Assembly (NCBI RefSeq): GCF_018977255.1
Contig: NW_024704742.1
Coordinates: 65,598,001-65,662,000, forward strand
From: Callorhinchus milii
Taxonomy: Eukaryota
DNA length: 64,000 nucleotides
Reading direction: 5' to 3'
Shown: positions 61,191 to 64,000 of the stretch, piece by piece
Numbering within the stretch: position 1 is the stretch's first letter
Layout: each line of letters opens with the position of its first letter
The notes under the pieces: model-generated
What the model saw: only the letters and a program-made list of their open reading frames with translations
What the model was told of the DNA's origin: nothing
The model's database searches: none
Program-made: the position numbers and the translations under genes

Positions 61191-64000
61191 GCCGCCTCTA
61201 CAGCTTTCTGAGGCAGAACATTCCACCTCTTCACAATCTCCTGTCGGAATGCCTCCGACCTGAGCTCTCTAACTGTCCTGAGCTGCTCACTAACAAACTA
61301 GCTTCTTCTCCAACCATGTTCACTCCATGAGCAAGACGGTGAACAAACGACAACTGTCACCTTACTGTAGCTGCTGAGAACGTTTATAGGCACTCTGGAA
61401 CACTCGCCCCAATTCCTATGCCTTGCCCCTCCTTCCCCATCTTCAGGTCACACCTGAAAACCCTCCTCCTCAACTCTGCTTACAGTCACCTCCCCCTGTT
61501 TCGGCATCATGCTCCCCACTGTGAAACGCTCTGGGATGCTACCCTGCGTGTGCTATATAAATGTAAGTTGTTGTTATTGAGCAGCAACTACTGCTTCTAA
61601 TGCATTAGTACCATTATAGTCAGTGTCAAAGTGAGACATTCTGCAATATGAACCTTGATATCAGTAGTCTGCGCTCCGAGACTCTATCACTACATAAATA
61701 CAAGTTGTTGACGTCTGAGCTGTGAATGCAACCTTTCATTTGGCATCGAAAGCACACTGTACAATATTTGCCGTGTTGTTAGTGCGCAGACCAAGACAGC
61801 TAGAACTGAGATCAGGAAGCATTCCTTCACACAGAGTATTGTGAAGGTGTGGAATGCTCTCCCCCACAAAACTGTAGAGGTGGAATCAATGGCCGGTACG
61901 GATCAGGAATTTTGCAGCTATTCACAATTTTGAGCATTGCAACAAACATTATGTGCTTTTGCAGTAAAATCATTTTGTTGAATGGATCTTTAATTTTGTA
62001 CTATTGCACTATTGGCATTATTTGAAAAGAGAAGGGACTTTTTCCCCAGTGTCCTGGCCAACAATCCCCCAAATAAAATTGATCACTCACTTCTTGGTTG
62101 CTTGTGGGAAATTGCTGTGCGCAACTAGCTGCCGCATATTGTCGACAAAACACAGTCACTACACTTTAAGTATATCCTGTGAAGTGCTTTGAGATGTCTC
62201 AACAACATGATAAAGAGCTATATCAAATGCAAGGATTATTATTATTGTAATCTAGGCTGACACTCCAGTGCAATATTGGGAGAATGCTGTATCACTGGGA
62301 CATTAAACCACGTTCCATGACACAGCCTGTTCAGTTGGGGTTAAAGATTCAAAAAAAGAAGGGATTTCTCCTGGTGTCCTGGCCAGCAATCCTCCAGATA
62401 ACATGCTCATTCATCCCATGGCTGTGTGTGGAAAATAGCTGATGCAAATGGCTGCCGTGTTTGCCTACCAAATTACCAAAATAGTCATTATATTTGACAG
62501 TAATTAACTGTAAAACGCTTTGACATGTTTCAATGTGAGAAGGTGCTATAAAAATTGTGAGTTCTTTCTTTCTTAATACAATCCAATTAAAGAGTGCACA
62601 TTTCTGGAATTGGAAAACACTGCAAAAGAAATTATTAAAGCGACAAAATTGATTTGGCTAAATATAAAGAATACAGTATTTCTTTCCAATGTAAAGCTTA
62701 GTGATTTTCTGTTAACAATCTTGAACCACCAAAATCAAGAAGACCTTAACAGGCAGCATTACCCGACATGTTACACATCTGCACTAGTAGAATTACAAGT
62801 GGAGAAGAGCAGGAATAAACCTTGCTCTGCTAAACTGGTCAGTGCTACTGTTTCTAACTATGCTTAACTATGCCTTTCAATGTGACTGCGATGTCAAAAG
62901 ATGTTGCCCTTATCCCATTCATTTTCCTCCTTTGCATTATTCACCATTAACCGATTGTGACTATGTGGCTCCTATCCCATAGATGCTATACTGTATAAAT
63001 GTACAAATTTGTATTTTAAGTTAAGAATATAAGAATTTGCTCGATGAAAGAAGACCAAGGTCCATCCAATCTATATAATTGTATCCTGAGATATTATATC
63101 CTAACAGAAATCTATGTAATTTGTTGGTCCATTTTCTTCCCTGCCCATTATCTCTCCTTGTTTAACAAGCACCTCACCTCTGCCTACTCTTCATAGTGTG
63201 CTCTAAAGATGAGACCTCATTGTAAGAGGTATCATGGACATAAAACACAGATCCCACTACCAGACCTAGATTTGGAACTCATACTTTTTTTAATGTAGGT
63301 TTTGTTTGAACTATAGCCTGTGTTAGCATCTGATAGATATGTTCGGTGGATTTACTTTCCTGGCAGCCATGATATCTAGACCCTGGTTCTGACATTCAAG
63401 TGGTTCCATGCCATTGCCTGACCCTATTTCTGCAGTCTCGCCCAAGCCATAATATATATATATATAATACATAAATATATAATATATATGTTTATGATGC
63501 ATTTAAAATTCTTCCCCACCAGTTTCTTTCCTCCTCCTCTAAAGGGACTGCCATAATGGGGATATGATGCCAGTCACCCTCCAGTATCTTAGCCACTCTC
63601 CCTTCACTCCACAAACTCAGGCTTGCTGCACATCCCTCACACTGTTGGCTTGTCATTGGCGGATCTCAGCTTCTAAGCCCTCTGTTTTCTGGAACTCCCT
63701 CCTCAAATCATCAGCCTCACACCCTCCCACTTCTTGAAAAACTATCCTTAATACCTTATCAGCAACCATGCCTTCCTTCTTAACTCCCCTCCCACCCTTC
63801 ATCATTTTGCCCATGTATTTATTTTCATCTCCGTCTGGAAAGTGCTTTGAGACGTTAACCCCATAACATAAGGCGTCATAAAAGTGCAAGGTGCCAGGGC
63901 TATTCTTTTTTTAAACTGCGTGACTCTAACCATGCAATAACATGAAAGGGAAGCAAACGAGATTAATTCAGAGATTATAGTACACTGAATATGCCTTTCC

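Overview
Vertebrate genomic DNA, rich in repeats. The DeuSINE/SacSINE1-like SINEs and L2/CR1 LINEs suggest a cartilaginous fish; this is inferred, not verified. Two convergent genes were reconstructed by hand. On the + strand are the last six coding exons of DNA polymerase nu (POLN, 1720-23000), all with GT-AG introns and consistent phase. On the - strand is the last coding exon of N-acetyltransferase 8-like (NAT8L, 40385-40752), with a probable ~10 kb 3'UTR and an upstream intron that runs off the window. This POLN/NAT8L tail-to-tail order matches the mammalian locus. Most short ORFs in the track are repeat artefacts. The most interesting items are: (1) a 47-bp stem in the last POLN intron in which all 9 non-Watson-Crick pairs are G-U on the transcribed strand; (2) a decayed non-LTR retrotransposon (49591-51748) whose RT is unlike the local L2/CR1 elements, with about 10 scattered 3' fragments; (3) a SINE-L2 chimera present twice with the same junction; (4) several fold-back inversions. 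Repeat boundaries are approximate.
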